In this document: piece by piece, positions 50,730-63,229 of the stretch
Layout of the letters: the number at the start of each line of letters is the position of its first letter
Position numbering within the stretch: position 1 is the stretch's first letter
From: Massalongia carnosa
Taxonomy: Eukaryota
Direction of reading: 5' to 3'
NCBI GenBank assembly: GCA_965645245.1
Contig: OZ287074.1
Span: forward strand, 1,426,001 to 1,490,000
Length of the DNA stretch: 64,000 nt
Translations under genes and position numbers: made by a program
The notes under the pieces: model-generated
What the model was told of the DNA's origin: nothing
The model's database searches: none
Seen by the model: the letters and a program-made list of their open reading frames with translations, nothing else

Positions 50730-53099
50730 ATGGCGGACGACGGCCTGTTGATGAACTTCTCAATTGGAGATGGTATCGTAGGCTCTAAACCTGTGTTCCG
50801 AGGCGGGCGCTGGAAAGATAGATTGATCGCCAAAAAGCGCGCCGAGCATCGGAAAAAAACCCTTCAACCCAGCGGACCATCTATAGAAAAAGAGACCTTT
50901 CCCACAGTTACAGCCGTTCAGGAGCTACCTGAAAATTATGAATCTACTCAAGCGAGACCCTCTAAGAAGCAGAAAACCACTGATACTGCAAACTCACGCT
51001 CCAGACCCTCCCGCGAAATCGTTTCCTCGCTATTCTCCTCCAACCCCACGTCCAAAGCCGCTCCCAAACAACCATCCCTTGCCCTTTCCAATTCCGCCCC
51101 TTCCAATGCACCCCTTCTCAACTCCCTCCACACTTTCACCTCGCTTGGCCTCTCCCCGCAGCTAGCAAGCCACCTTCTCACCAAACTCTCCCTCCGCTCT
51201 CCCACCGCTATCCAGAAATCCGCAATCTCCCAACTCCTTGCCGAAGATTCCGATGCTTTCCTCCAAGCAGAGACCGGCTCCGGGAAGACTCTCGCATACC
51301 TTCTCCCCATCGTCCAGCGCATCATGCACCTCTCCTTTGAACCCTTCAACTATGCAAATGGTAACAATTCACCGCTCCCTGCCCAATCCCCGCAGCGTCA
51401 AGTCCATCGTGCATCGGGCCTCTTCGCCATCATCCTCGCCCCCACGCGTGAGCTGTGCAAGCAGATTTCCTCGGTGCTTGAAAGTCTCCTACGATGCGCG
51501 CACTGGATCGTAGCCGGCACGGTCATCGGAGGGGAGAAGAAGAAGTCCGAGAAAGCGCGGTTGCGCAAAGGCCTAAATATCCTCGTCGCGACCCCAGGGC
51601 GTCTGGCGGACCATCTTGACAACACCGAGGTGCTGGATGTGAGCCGGGTGCGCTGGCTGGTGTTGGATGAAGGGGATCGGTTGATGGAGCTTGGGTTCGA
51701 GGAAGAGATAAGGGGCATAGTACAGAAGCTAGAGGCGCAGAAAGACAAGGCGGAGAAGACGGTAAAGCGACCGCTTATGCCGAGGTTGCCGGACAGGCGG
51801 ACAACGGTCATGTGTTCAGCGACGATGAAGATGACGGTGCTGCGGCTAGGCGAAATCAGTCTCCAAGACGCCGTGCACATCAAAACCGACACAGAGCCCC
51901 CAAATGCCGACGAGCCGACCAAGGAAGGAAGCAAAGATGCCGAGTTCCTAGCCCCGGCGCAGCTGAAACAATCTTACGCGATCGTGCCCGCGAAGCAACG
52001 TCTGGCCACGCTGGCCGCGCTACTGAAACGCACGTTTGCGCGTCGGGGATCCGTCATGAAGGCTATTGTCTTCCTGTCCTGTGCCGATTCGGTCGACTTT
52101 CACTTCGAAATATTTGCGCGAGAACCCCCTCCGGTTGAGCAGCCCCTGCGGGACAAGTCGCATGACGAGACCGAGCCATCATCCAAACCTACTTCGCAGC
52201 CACCCATATCACCCCTCCCCACCGTCTCACGCACACCTACGCTCGCCAACCTCCAAAATCCCAATCTAACCCTGCATAAACTCCACGGCTCGCTTGCCCA
52301 ACCCCTTCGAACCGCCACTCTTTCCGCCTTCACGCGCTCCTCGGAGCCTTGTATTCTTCTCTGCACCGATGTCGCCTCGCGCGGGCTGGATCTGCCCAAT
52401 ATCGACCTTGTAATCGAGTATGACCCGCCCTTCAGCTCCGACGATCATTTGCATCGGGTGGGAAGAACCGCGCGAGCAGGACGGGAGGGAAGGGCGGTTA
52501 TATTCTTGATGCCAGGCGAGGAGGAAGGCTACGTGAATGTGCTGAAGAAGGGGTATTGGGATGGAATCGGCAGGGGCCTCGGAAGAACCGAGGCTGAGGA
52601 GATGCTAAAGCGAGGCTTCGGAAGTGACGGTGCAAGCACCAAGGTCAAGGGCGAAAGCCGCGGGGGAAACTGGGAGGGGAGCGCAACGGAATGGCAATTG
52701 GAGATTGAAAGGTGGGTGATTGAGGACAAGTCAGCGGGAGAAATGGCGCGGAGAGCGTTTGTGAGTCATGTTCGCGCGTATGCGACGCATGTGGCGAAGG
52801 AGAGGAGTATGTTCGATGTCAAAAGCCTCCATTTAGGCCATCTTGCCAAAGCATTTGGGCTAAGAGACAGGCCGGGCAGCATGGGGAGAGGGGCCAGCGT
52901 GAGCGGGAGGGTACCGAAGAGGGGTCAAGGGGGCAAGAAGAGCACGATCGATCAAGGTGGGAAAAGCGACAGCATGGAAAATCGGGTGCAGGACTCCGAT
53001 CTGCGTACTCCAGCGTCGGATTCGCAGGACGCGGGGAAACGAATGCGGGCAAAGATGAAGGAACACATGGCCGCTGCCGGCGAGTTTAACATTGGATGA
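50730..53099 (+). CDS. DBP7: ATP-dependent DEAD-box RNA helicase Dbp7 (60S biogenesis)
   Basis: MADDGLLMNF, AETGSGKT, PTREL, GGEKKKSEKARLRKG, DEGD, SAT, HRVGRTAR, HLGHLAKAFGL, EFNIG*. Confidence 0.95.
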   Translation: MADDGLLMNFSIGDGIVGSKPVFRGGRWKDRLIAKKRAEHRKKTLQPSGPSIEKETFPTVTAVQELPENYESTQARPSKKQKTTDTANSRSRPSREIVSSLFSSNPTSKAAPKQPSLALSNSAPSNAPLLNSLHTFTSLGLSPQLASHLLTKLSLRSPTAIQKSAISQLLAEDSDAFLQAETGSGKTLAYLLPIVQRIMHLSFEPFNYANGNNSPLPAQSPQRQVHRASGLFAIILAPTRELCKQISSVLESLLRCAHWIVAGTVIGGEKKKSEKARLRKGLNILVATPGRLADHLDNTEVLDVSRVRWLVLDEGDRLMELGFEEEIRGIVQKLEAQKDKAEKTVKRPLMPRLPDRRTTVMCSATMKMTVLRLGEISLQDAVHIKTDTEPPNADEPTKEGSKDAEFLAPAQLKQSYAIVPAKQRLATLAALLKRTFARRGSVMKAIVFLSCADSVDFHFEIFAREPPPVEQPLRDKSHDETEPSSKPTSQPPISPLPTVSRTPTLANLQNPNLTLHKLHGSLAQPLRTATLSAFTRSSEPCILLCTDVASRGLDLPNIDLVIEYDPPFSSDDHLHRVGRTARAGREGRAVIFLMPGEEEGYVNVLKKGYWDGIGRGLGRTEAEEMLKRGFGSDGASTKVKGESRGGNWEGSATEWQLEIERWVIEDKSAGEMARRAFVSHVRAYATHVAKERSMFDVKSLHLGHLAKAFGLRDRPGSMGRGASVSGRVPKRGQGGKKSTIDQGGKSDSMENRVQDSDLRTPASDSQDAGKRMRAKMKEHMAAAGEFNIG

Positions 53100-53115
53100 G
53101 TTGCTATTTACCATG

Positions 53116-54561
53116 TCAATAGATATCCCACAGCGAGATCTTGCCATCTTTAGACCCCGCCGCCAACCAGTGAGTTGTATGGGCCTTTTCGTTACGCTTC
53201 TGTTGAACGCTTGTGGTTGCTGAAGCCTGCGTGACCATGGCCAGATTACCGGGCGCTTTCCCATCCGGTGCTTTCTCATCCAATCCTGGTTCAATGACAT
53301 CTACACCCTTCCCAGATACTATCTGCGCAAAGTCAGTAGCGTAGCAGCCTGTGTTGTGCCAGCGTAGAACTGCGAGCTCTTTCATGCTTTTGGACGAGTA
53401 AACGCGAACTCTCGCATCCCATCCAGCGGTGCAAAATATTTTACCGTCTGAACGGATCCGAAGACCCTGTTGGCCAGAATGCTTGGTTTGAGCGATCTTG
53501 AGTGGCTTAAGTTCCGTGTTCCGAACCCCTTTCCCAAATGTAAAGGGGTGTTTAGCAATGATAGCGTCGGCCGACGATGTAATATAATAATCCCGGCATG
53601 GGGAAAGTGCCATCGAAAGGACTGCATACATGTCAGTGCATGTTTTGATGCGAGCAAGAAGCAAGGTACCTGGCTGGCTGTGGGGCTGTGCACAGTAAAG
53701 CTTCTGGAACGGGCCTGGATCCGTTTGCACAAAGACCATGATGTGGCCGCTTTCGTAGCCGGCAGCAACTTGAACCCTGGTAGTCTCGGCCAGAATATTG
53801 AGTGCCATTATCATACCTTAGTAAAATCAGCAAGAGTTTGAGCGACATAGTTTCCTTAACACAAGTTCGAACTGACCGGATGTTATGTTTCGGTCGGCGT
53901 GAATGACGGCGGCACGGCTCTCTGTCGGAAGCTGGTAAATATCAATCTGCGGATGTTCCGTAAGCTCTACTCTGGCTTTGAATAGTTATAGGATTCATAC
54001 ACCTCCGGAGTCGACAGCGTTCGGCACAGCGATAAGTAGCGGCTGGTGGACATTATGTTCCATGATCATCGTCCTTTGAGGCTTTGTTTCTGGCATCTCC
54101 TCGCAACACGTTGCGAATGCGCAAAAGTTCAACGTGTTCACCGTCAACACATGTAAGATCCATGGCTGTTTTGAAGGTACGGTGGTCGCATCAACTGGCA
54201 ATGCTTTGTCCAGAGCAACTTCGTCCACAGCACCAAGTTGCCATACGACGAGTTTGTTGTCTCTGCCATGCCTAACATCTCGGCCCGCTTTAGAAGTTCT
54301 CATTCATAATCGAGGGTTATATAGAACGTACGAGATAATCCGGTCGGAGCCCCACGATCCGAGGCCCAGGATCGCTTTCCCATGACCTTTCCATGATGCT
54401 ACCGGGCGCTTGAAGGCCAGATTCCAGGATACCAGCCAGCCATCGGCGTCCCCACTCAGGAGACGCCGATTCTCTTGGGTAAAGTGCAGAGCGTGTACCT
54501 GAGTGGAATGACCTCGAAGAACGTATGCTGGTTGAGCAGGGGAGAGAAGGCTCGACGACAT
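53116..54561 (-). CDS. ASA1: ASTRA-associated protein 1 (WD40); spliced
   Basis: PAYVLRGH, LLSGDADGW, HGRDNKL, VNTLNFC, GYESGH, TKHSGQQGL, TAGWDARVRVY, WLAAGSKDGKISLWDIY*. Confidence 0.9.
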
Positions 54562-55622
54562 GGAGACTTTGATCACTTCTTTCTCAAGCCTCTTGATTTC
54601 CCTCGGAAGTTTGGCAGATAGAGAAGAGGACCAAACAATAGAAATTGGAAACCAAGAACGAGGAGTTGCACCAGGATGGGAGTGTATGGGTATTGCCGCC
54701 ACACCGCACAACGATATCTTAGCTAGCAGGAGTGATAAGAAGCTACAGTAACGGATGAGATCCCTCTTCCTTTTCGCTTCATACCTATCTACATACTTTT
54801 GCGTGCCATTGCAACTTCTGAGAACACGCAACGAGGTCACCTCGATATCTAGTTTAGCATAATCCCACCACCTCCTTACTTTGTAGATGGAACTTCAAAG
54901 TGAGAACGCATTGGTCTGGCAAACAGCATACTCAAGGATGATGTTGCGACAAGAATCTTGATACCTGCCGATTCCTAGGCGAGCATAGGTATTATTTTTC
55001 CAAACAGGTGCAGAGTACTCGTACTCGGTAAGTTATCCCGTACAGAATGCTCGGTACTCGGTACTCTGTACAGAACTCGCTGGTTCCGCAGGCTCTTTCA
55101 GGCGAGATCGTTCGATTCATCCCTTTTTCGGGCAAGCGGTTACCAATGACGTCTCCTATCGTTCACCTTGTAATGGGCACGACGCCTTTGGCCAGGGTTT
55201 TGGTTCGACATCTCGCGTCTTGATATGAACATCACTAAGGGTGGTCGTCTTGTAGGGTACCTGTATATAGAGTAGTACGGAGTACCTGGAGCGTTAAGCG
55301 TCAGACGTCGAACTTGAATCAACCCTTCACGTTAACCAACGGCTATAAACGTTGCGGGAAACCAATTCCCCAAATACAGCGTCAGATACAGCGTAAAATA
55401 TAGCGTAAAGCGTATGGAGTACAGAATACGTACCGAGGTACAGAGCACTCGGTAGCACGGTAATTACTAACATGTCCCCTGCACTAGCTGTTAGCATAGT
55501 GTTAGCAAGAACATGAAAATTTGTTTACTTTCTACCTCAAAACATCATCATTATTATCATTAGAAAATAAATCTCCTTACCATCAATTGCTTCAAACATC
55601 ATTTTATATTTTACTCAGCGTC

Positions 55623-57624
55623 ATGGGACTGAATGAAGAAGAAATTCCGAGTGTTTCAGACAAATACCCCGTTTCAGCAAAGCAACATAGGATAAATAGC
55701 AAACGCACTGTTAAAAGCATCTTGACTAACATTCCTCCTCCTCTTTCGAGTTACAAACCCATTTCAATTGATGATAGACCTCCAAGATCGCTGGTGAATG
55801 GTCTTGTTGATACTCCTCTTGGCTTTTTTCAGCTCTTTATTTCGACTCAGCTTTGTCGGACCATCGCATATCACACGAACATCAAGGCTCACGATCATAC
55901 AGAGAAAGAAAAGGAGAATAATCATCGCCCATGGTATGACACCATTAGACCAGAAATTGAGGTTTTATTGGGCATTATTTTGTTTATGAGCATGGATCAT
56001 GCGCCTGTCACGGAAGATTACTGGAATCAATGCCCCGACAAGCCCATTTTCCCATCTATTTCACAAGCCATGTCCCTCGTACGATTTCAACAAATCAAGA
56101 GATTCTTAAAGCTTAATAATGCACGTACAGAACCTTCGCGCATGGGCAAAGGAGTCGATTGGTGGAAGAAGTTGGAACCTCTTGCTACAGATTTTCGTCA
56201 GGCCTCGTTGAAGTACTATCAACCAGGAAGCATCATATCAATTGATGAGCAGCTTATTAAATTCGAAGGTCGATCACGTCATACTCTACAAATAACCTTA
56301 AAGCAGGCTGGAAAGGGGTTTAAAATATATAGTCTTTGTCAGAATAACTACTTGATATCTTTTTTGTTTGCCTTCAAAGTTAGTGTCTTTCTAAAAAAAT
56401 TAAATCTCATTTTCCCCTTTTGATCTCTGAATTGTGATCTCTTTCGGACAAAATTCCATGAAACCTCGTGTTTTTGCTGTAAAAACCCTCTGTTTTCTGT
56501 CGCTTTTCCCAACATAAACTGCAATGATTAACACGCATCAGATCACAAAAATCTGTCAGTTAAAAACCGCTAGACAACTGGGCTTTTTAGCAAAGGATGG
56601 CCTTTCGGATAGTGCTTTGCTGGTAATTCAGCTTTGTAAAACACTTCCTGAACCACTGAATTACACTCTTTTCTGCGACAACTTCTTTACCAGCACAAAG
56701 CTATTCAAAGCTCTTCGATCACTAGGAATTGCTGCATGTGGAACAGCTAAAAAAGGCTCTGGATTTCCCGCGAAGTTGTTGGCTCTGCGGAATGTGGCCA
56801 TTAAATCCAAACATTGGGGACTTCGGGCCAGTACGACTGTGGATGAGGTGCTCTGTTTGGGATGGGTGGACAATAACACCGTTCAGTTGATGACTACTCG
56901 TCATCATCTGAACGAGCTTGATGACTCGTACTATTTACATCCGCTTAAAAGGCATGGAATTTCCAGAAGACTCCGTTCAGCCAATCATACCCATACCATA
57001 CTATCCCTCAATGTACGCTCACATCATTTGCTGCCTGATCAAACACCTTCATGGCCTTTAGGCCTACCGATTCCCGCACCAGTCAGAGAATATAATCTTC
57101 ACATGGGTGGGTCAGATGGAAATGCTCAGCAGAGAGCGGTTTATTCTTATCAACGCCGAAGTGATCGATATTGGTGGCCACTGTTTATTTTTTTGTTAGA
57201 TGCTGCTGCGCTCAATGCATACAAGCTTTATCTAATTGATGACTTCAGAACAGAAGGAAAAAAAGTCACTCGTACGGATTTTACTCATCATCTTGCCCTC
57301 AGTCTGATGAAGAATCCCGCTGGACAAACCCGACGACATGAGTCAAAGATAAGGATTCAGACCAACTCTGAGCCTTTAGTTTCTACCCCCGAGCACCATT
57401 ATATTCATCTGGAGAAGAAGCGGAAATGCGAGCGCTGCAATGTCAATAAAACAAGGCCCTCCAAAAGAAAAGGGGAGCCTTTGGCTGAAAGAGACGCTAA
57501 TGGCAGGAAAAGAAAGCAGCGAGGTTCTCAAACAAGATGGGAGTGTGGAGGATGTCATCCAATCAGACCTTGTTGTAAAAATCAGGCCTGCTGGGCGGCA
57601 ATACATTTGAACTGTAAGAAGTAG
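55623..57624 (+). mobile_element. piggyBac-family transposase gene (DDE_Tnp_1_7) with 1 intron (56379-56541); element ends not identified
   Basis: PLGFFQLF, MSLVRFQQIKRFL, SIDEQ, GFKIY.L, FCDNFFTS, ACGT, W.DNNTV, YN.HMGGSD, WWPLF.FLLD...NAY, and a C-terminal CxxC...CxxC...C..C...H finger. A phase-0 intron joins the two ORFs. Confidence 0.9.
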
Positions 57625-58827
57625 ATGGAGTTCAGGTAGATAGTAATTGATTGGGCAATTCTTAAAAAGAGTCAGAAAGGGGTAGCAAGCCGCTTATTTG
57701 ATTGGTAGATATTTAAGGTTTCAGGAGCTCTAAACCATCTATAGCTAGTGCGGGAGGGGGAGGGTGCCAATGAGATGGATAGAGTCCAGAGTCCAGAGTT
57801 CGAAGGTATGGAGTAGGTGGTGAAGAGACTTTCCAGCAAAGGAGAGATGGCCTTGTACATACTCTGTACTCTGTACCGAGTACCGAGTACAGAGTACGAA
57901 GTACTCCGTACAGAATACATAACCTCTTAGCGAGCCTTTTTTTGTAGCCAATCCCAAACCCCCGATGCAACCCATCCTCCCCCATCTCCTCCAAATCCTC
58001 CTTTTCGCTGAAGTTGTCCAGTAATGAACAACAAATATGATGACGTTCCAGAGAAAGAAGCGTACAGCGTACTCGGTGAACTGTAAACCATGAATGCAAA
58101 CGCATAAGGCGCCCCCCAATCCACTCGACGCCGCTTCGACCCCTTCTTTGTAAATCCTATAGTTAGGTCCAGCAACTGTCCGTACTCCGTACATGCAAAA
58201 TAGATCCGCCAACTTCAATTCGCCCGCGCGCTCTTGCGTCACGAATTCCCCGTTACCACCTTCACCTCGTCATCAGCTCTCCCTCCACCTCCATCCTTCT
58301 GGAAAGATGTCCTGAATAGTCGCGAATATAGTGTGTATGTGCTGTAGACCTTGCTTACCACGTTTTCCAACGTTTGAATATTCGCTATCGCTACAGCTAT
58401 TGCTTTCGCTTCCGCTACCGAAATCCCGAAGCTGCATCGAACCCGCATTGATTCCATACTGGCTCGACCATACCGCCGCTTGGTGGTCGCACCATCCGAA
58501 CTCGGATATCACTGTACCACGACCTTGATCCCGCGCCGACTAGGTCGCTCCGCGTCCTCATCGTGGCTTTTGTTATCGGAACGCAACCTCATCCTTCACC
58601 CGTACCCGACCTAACGTATCTTGAAGTCCCACAACACCAGGGTTCTTCCGACCCTCCCTTTACATTTCAACTCGACGCTTCTTGGAGACCAAAGCAAGAA
58701 CCAGGACACACCTCACAACATCCTCCCTCAGGAGGGATTGTACGTGCGCTCGGCGAAGCAGCCCGAAGCAGAGCGTCAACCTCGCACCTTCGCGGAAGAG
58801 GCCAAGAAGAAAACCGCTGAGGAATCG

Positions 58828-61014
58828 ATGGCAACGACGGAAAATGGGGCGACGACAGTATCCGTGGACGCTAGCGTCGCTACATCGCGCCCCAAGAGAG
58901 TGCGGACAGGCTGCCTTACGTGCAGGGAGCGTCACTTGAAATGTGATGAAGGCGTTCCGAATTGTGTGAACTGTCGCAAATCAAACAGGCTATGCAAGCG
59001 TGGAGTCAGATTGAACTTCATCGATACCCAAGTGAAGACTCCCCCAATAACCCCACCAACCCTGGAGTGGGATGTGAGCTTCCAAGACGAGTCCCGCGAG
59101 ATTGCTTCTGAATACCAGGGAGGTCTGAATCGATATGCGGCTATAAAGCGGGAACCAGCAGAGGCGGAGGAAGTGAAAGACGAGCCCCATTTCGACTTTA
59201 CAGCGCCCATGATCGAGACGCCGGTGTTGGCTCACCAGCAATTGCCCACGGCTCACTCCTTACCACCCGGGGGCGTCGAAGCGTATCCAGGGCAAACTCA
59301 ACGGGTACCCGACCAGAACCACGAGATACGTCACCGGCATTCCTCCTCGACTACCGAGTCTACTTTTTCAAGCCAGACTCTTGGCCAACCTTCTCAAAAC
59401 TCGTACAGCAACTCCGAGCAGACCCTCACCCCGCCGAGCGAGAGTCGAGGAACGCTCACCTCTCCCGAGGAACTCCTATTTATGCAGGTTTTTGTAGAGG
59501 AGGTAGGGTTGTGGATGGACAGCATGGATCCGTACAAACATGTAAAGCCCTTGATGGGAAAAGAGTGCAAATTGCTGCTGACGTTCCCAGTTTTCCCGCC
59601 TCCTCCCTTTCGATTCATTGGATAAGCCAATGTTGCTGAACGCTTTCTTAGCTTGTGGTGCCCGACATTTGACCCTTGTAAATCCAAACTATCATGAGGA
59701 CAAAGCACTGCATTATTATGATACTGCAACGAGAGGATTGCTTAATTCTTTACAAGACCCGAATCGAGACACGGTGATCTGCGCAACTACAGCGGTAATT
59801 TTGAATGTGTACGAGATAATGTCGGAGAGAGCGTTGCAGCGAATGAATCATATCGCAGGAGCTCGTGCATTGATTAAAGAATGCGGATGGAATGCCAACT
59901 CCGTGGGAATAGGTGCAGCCTGTTTCTGGCTGAATGTGGGAATGGAGCTGCTTAGCTGTCTTCATTTCAACTGGCAAGTGGCGTGGGACCCGGATTTGTG
60001 GGGCGTTGATATGGATTTTTCCCGCGACACGGGACCGGGCCGGGAAGAAGTTTGGACGTACCGGATGATGTACATTGTGGCCAAGGTGGCGAATTTCAGA
60101 TCTACCATGCCACGTCATACCGAATCCACTCCAGCGGCGGAGCAACTCAGATTTCAGGCGCGGTATACGGAGTGGAAAAGGCTGAAGGACTGGTGTGAAT
60201 CATGGGACGAAAGCGTTCCTCGGACGATGCATCCCATGGGTTATCTATATCCGTATCAGACCCGCTTAAAGTCTGCCTTTCCCGAAGTTTGGTACGTAGG
60301 CAACCGCCACACCTCGCCCAGTCGTTCGTGCTGATACCCACAGGTTCATCAAGCGAACCACGGTCGTTGCGCGGCTATTTTATCACACAGCGATGTGCTT
60401 GCTTGCGCAAACCCATCCGGCCAGTTCGCAGGAGATGCGTGATCTGCAACTCTATCATTCACATCAACTCTGCGGCATCGTAGCGCATGTGAAAGACCGG
60501 TCAGTTCAGCATCTCAATCGGGTTGTCTACGTGATGCTTACAATATTCCAGAGGTGTTGCCAGCGTCGCTCTTCGCTCCCTCGCCATAGCAGCGGAATGC
60601 CTCGTGGTCCGACGCGAGCAGGAGGAAGTCCTGCAGATTCTCGACAAGATCCGCAAAGAGACTGGCTGGCGTGTGGGCTTTCTCCATACCGAACTCAAAG
60701 ACAAGTGGGGCTGGCACAACGAAGAAGCGTTCCAAGAGCAACAGCTCGCAACGGCCACCCTCGCCCATCAATCTGCCATGCAAAACTTTCAATTCCAGCC
60801 ACCAGCGACATCGCTTCCGCCCGCTCCGCCCGCTCCACCCGTTCCCCTTGCGCCCCCGGTCAAGCAGCTGCCGCGAGGGATCGTGAACCCAATACTGCGA
60901 ATGGCGGATTTCTCAGCCCCGACGCACCCTTACCAGAGCCATTATGTGGCGCCTAACAATCAGCAACAAAACCCTCATCCTCATCATAACTCTAACCAGT
61001 ACAATCATTACTAA
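58828..61014 (+). CDS. Zn(II)2Cys6 transcription factor with fungal-specific TF domain; 3 introns
   Basis: RVRTGCLTCRERHLKCDEGVPNCVNCRKSNRLC, FMQVFVEEVGLWMD, MLLNAFLACGARHL, AVILNVYE, LPRGIVNP. The start may lie further upstream. Confidence 0.92.
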
Positions 61015-61762
61015 ACCGGCCGACCACATTTCTTCAGCGTTTGGATCTTCGAAGATGTTATGAGGTTTTTAGCAACGGTATCGATCTCCTTGTGAGATCT
61101 CTGGTTTCACAGCCCTCCCCGTTGGGAGCAGCTTGTACGATATTCATGAACGGATACCATTCTCATGTGTAGCGCTTTTCTCTCTCAAAAGTCTTCTTTT
61201 TTGTGTGGGAGGGGGGGTTTCCGGAGCGCCGGACGATGAAGGAGTATGGTAGGGTGGGAGGGAGAGAGGGGGCAACTGAGTTAATTAGGGGGATTGTTTG
61301 GAGCCTCCAAGTTACAGACACATAATCCGGCAAACCGCTGGTAGGGAAACTCTTTGTATGGAGAATAGAGAATTCGAGTTACTAATTCCTCGTCAACAAT
61401 CACATGGTAACCCACCATGTTTACTTATTCCCCCTTTTAGAGAGAGAGAAACCCTCGCTATCTTTTCCCCCTGACAAATGTGGTGTAAAAGCCTGTATGG
61501 ACCCGACTCTGCATGCATAGTGGCAACCAATCCAACCCGCGTGCTAGGGTCCTGGCATGAAAGAGAGCTGCACGGGATGACGCGTAAGCACGGGTAGATC
61601 CGTCGAGATTAGATAGTTAACTAATGGATATGGAGCGCCGACAACTAAGCCCTAACACCCCACAGCCATCTCACCTCACCTCCCCTCTCCTTCCTCAAAT
61701 CACTGCCCCTTCTTTCCCCCCCAACCCCGTCATCCATATAAAAAACAGAAAATAAAAAGAGA

Positions 61763-63017
61763 ATGCACCCTCATTCCACAACCCCCACGATCCTCGCCTC
61801 CCCCTCTCCTCCTCCTCTTTCCCCCCAAAACCCCACCACCTCCTCACCTCCCCCGCCCAAAACCCCAATCCGCATCGCCATCCTCGTCTGCGACAACATG
61901 CTCCCCGGCGCCGAAAAGCTCTACGGCGGCTACATGGGCCTCTATACCGCTCTCCTGCACGCGGGCGCGGACACGTTCGGCTGGCCGCGCGATCGGCTGA
62001 AGATCCGGTCGTGGGACGTGGTTGGCAATAGGAGCGGGGAGAATGGGGAAGAAGAGAAGGGGTTTCCAGCCTTGGGGGATGTGGATGCTGTGCTGGTGAG
62101 CGGGAGTCGTGAGTTTTTGTTTTGTGTTTTTTTTTGGGGGTTTTCTGGGTGGACCGAGGAATGGGGAAGTTTTCTCTCCAGAGAAATGGACGCCGCTTCC
62201 TTTCCAGTAACTTGTCAAGATATATACACATACACACACACATACAAATCCATCTATCCATCCACACAACGCAAACTAACCATCCCCAAAACCGCAGGAT
62301 ACAGCGCCTTCGAGACCGCCCCATGGCTGCTGCGCCTGCTGGAATTCGTCCGCGCTGTGCTCGCACAAACCCGCGTGCGCCTGCTCGGCGTGTGTTTCGG
62401 GCTGCAGGTCATCGCGCACGCGATGGGCGCCACGGTGGCGCGGAATGCGCTAGGGTTCGAGGTTTCCGTGTGCGAGGTGCAGTTGACGGAGAGGGGGAGG
62501 GCGTTGTTTGATGGAAGGGAGACATTGGTGGGTTATAATTATTATTCTTCTTTTGGTTGGTTTTTGAAGTGGAGCTTTCCCGCCCCTCCTCCTTTCCGTC
62601 TATCTGTCTATCTGTCTACCTCCCTCTGCCTGTATAAATCTTTGTGCGTGCACACACATATGTATCACAGATCCGCACCCACGAGCTAACAAAATCCTCG
62701 CGTGCTTCCTTACTGACCGAGAACAGAACATAATGCAAATGCACCAAGACATCATCAGCCACCACCCAGCGGGGACGGAAGCGCTGGGCGCATCGGCTGC
62801 GTGCGCGGTGCAGGGCATGTACGCGCGCAAGCGGCTCCTGGGCGTGGAGGGCCACCCGGAATTCCACGAGGACATCATGCGCGAGTTGCTAACCGTGCGG
62901 CGGGCCAAGGGGGTGCTCAGCGAGGCGGTATTCCGGGACGGCATCGCGCGCGTGGAGCGGGCGCAGGATGCGGATGTGGTGGGGAGGGCGTTTGTGCGGT
63001 TTTTGGTGGAGGAGTGA
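61763..63017 (+). CDS. Class I glutamine amidotransferase-like protein (YLR126C type); 2 introns
   Basis: IRIAILVCD, YGGY, LVSGS, LLGVCFG.Q (nucleophile Cys), MHQD, GHPEF (His-Glu). Confidence 0.88.
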
Positions 63018-63229
63018 GAGGAATGGAAAGGAGGGTTGGGTTCATGGAGTTTTGGGATGGGATAGGATGGGCTTGGGAAGTTGAGCGGTGGAAGGATGGA
63101 TGAATGGGAAGAGAATCAGGTAGGTTTTTTTTTTTTTTTTTTAAGAATTCATCGCGCCTGCAAAGCGGGAGGTGCTTCTGAGGAATGGTGTTTCCGTAAT
63201 TTACAGCCCCGTACATGTAACACGCGAGG

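Noticed and set aside
55466..55486. U6 snRNA-like stretch TAACATGTCCCCTGCAC
   Set aside because: No ACAGAGA box or remaining U6 sequence. It reads equally well as a branch point (CTAAC) plus TAG acceptor.
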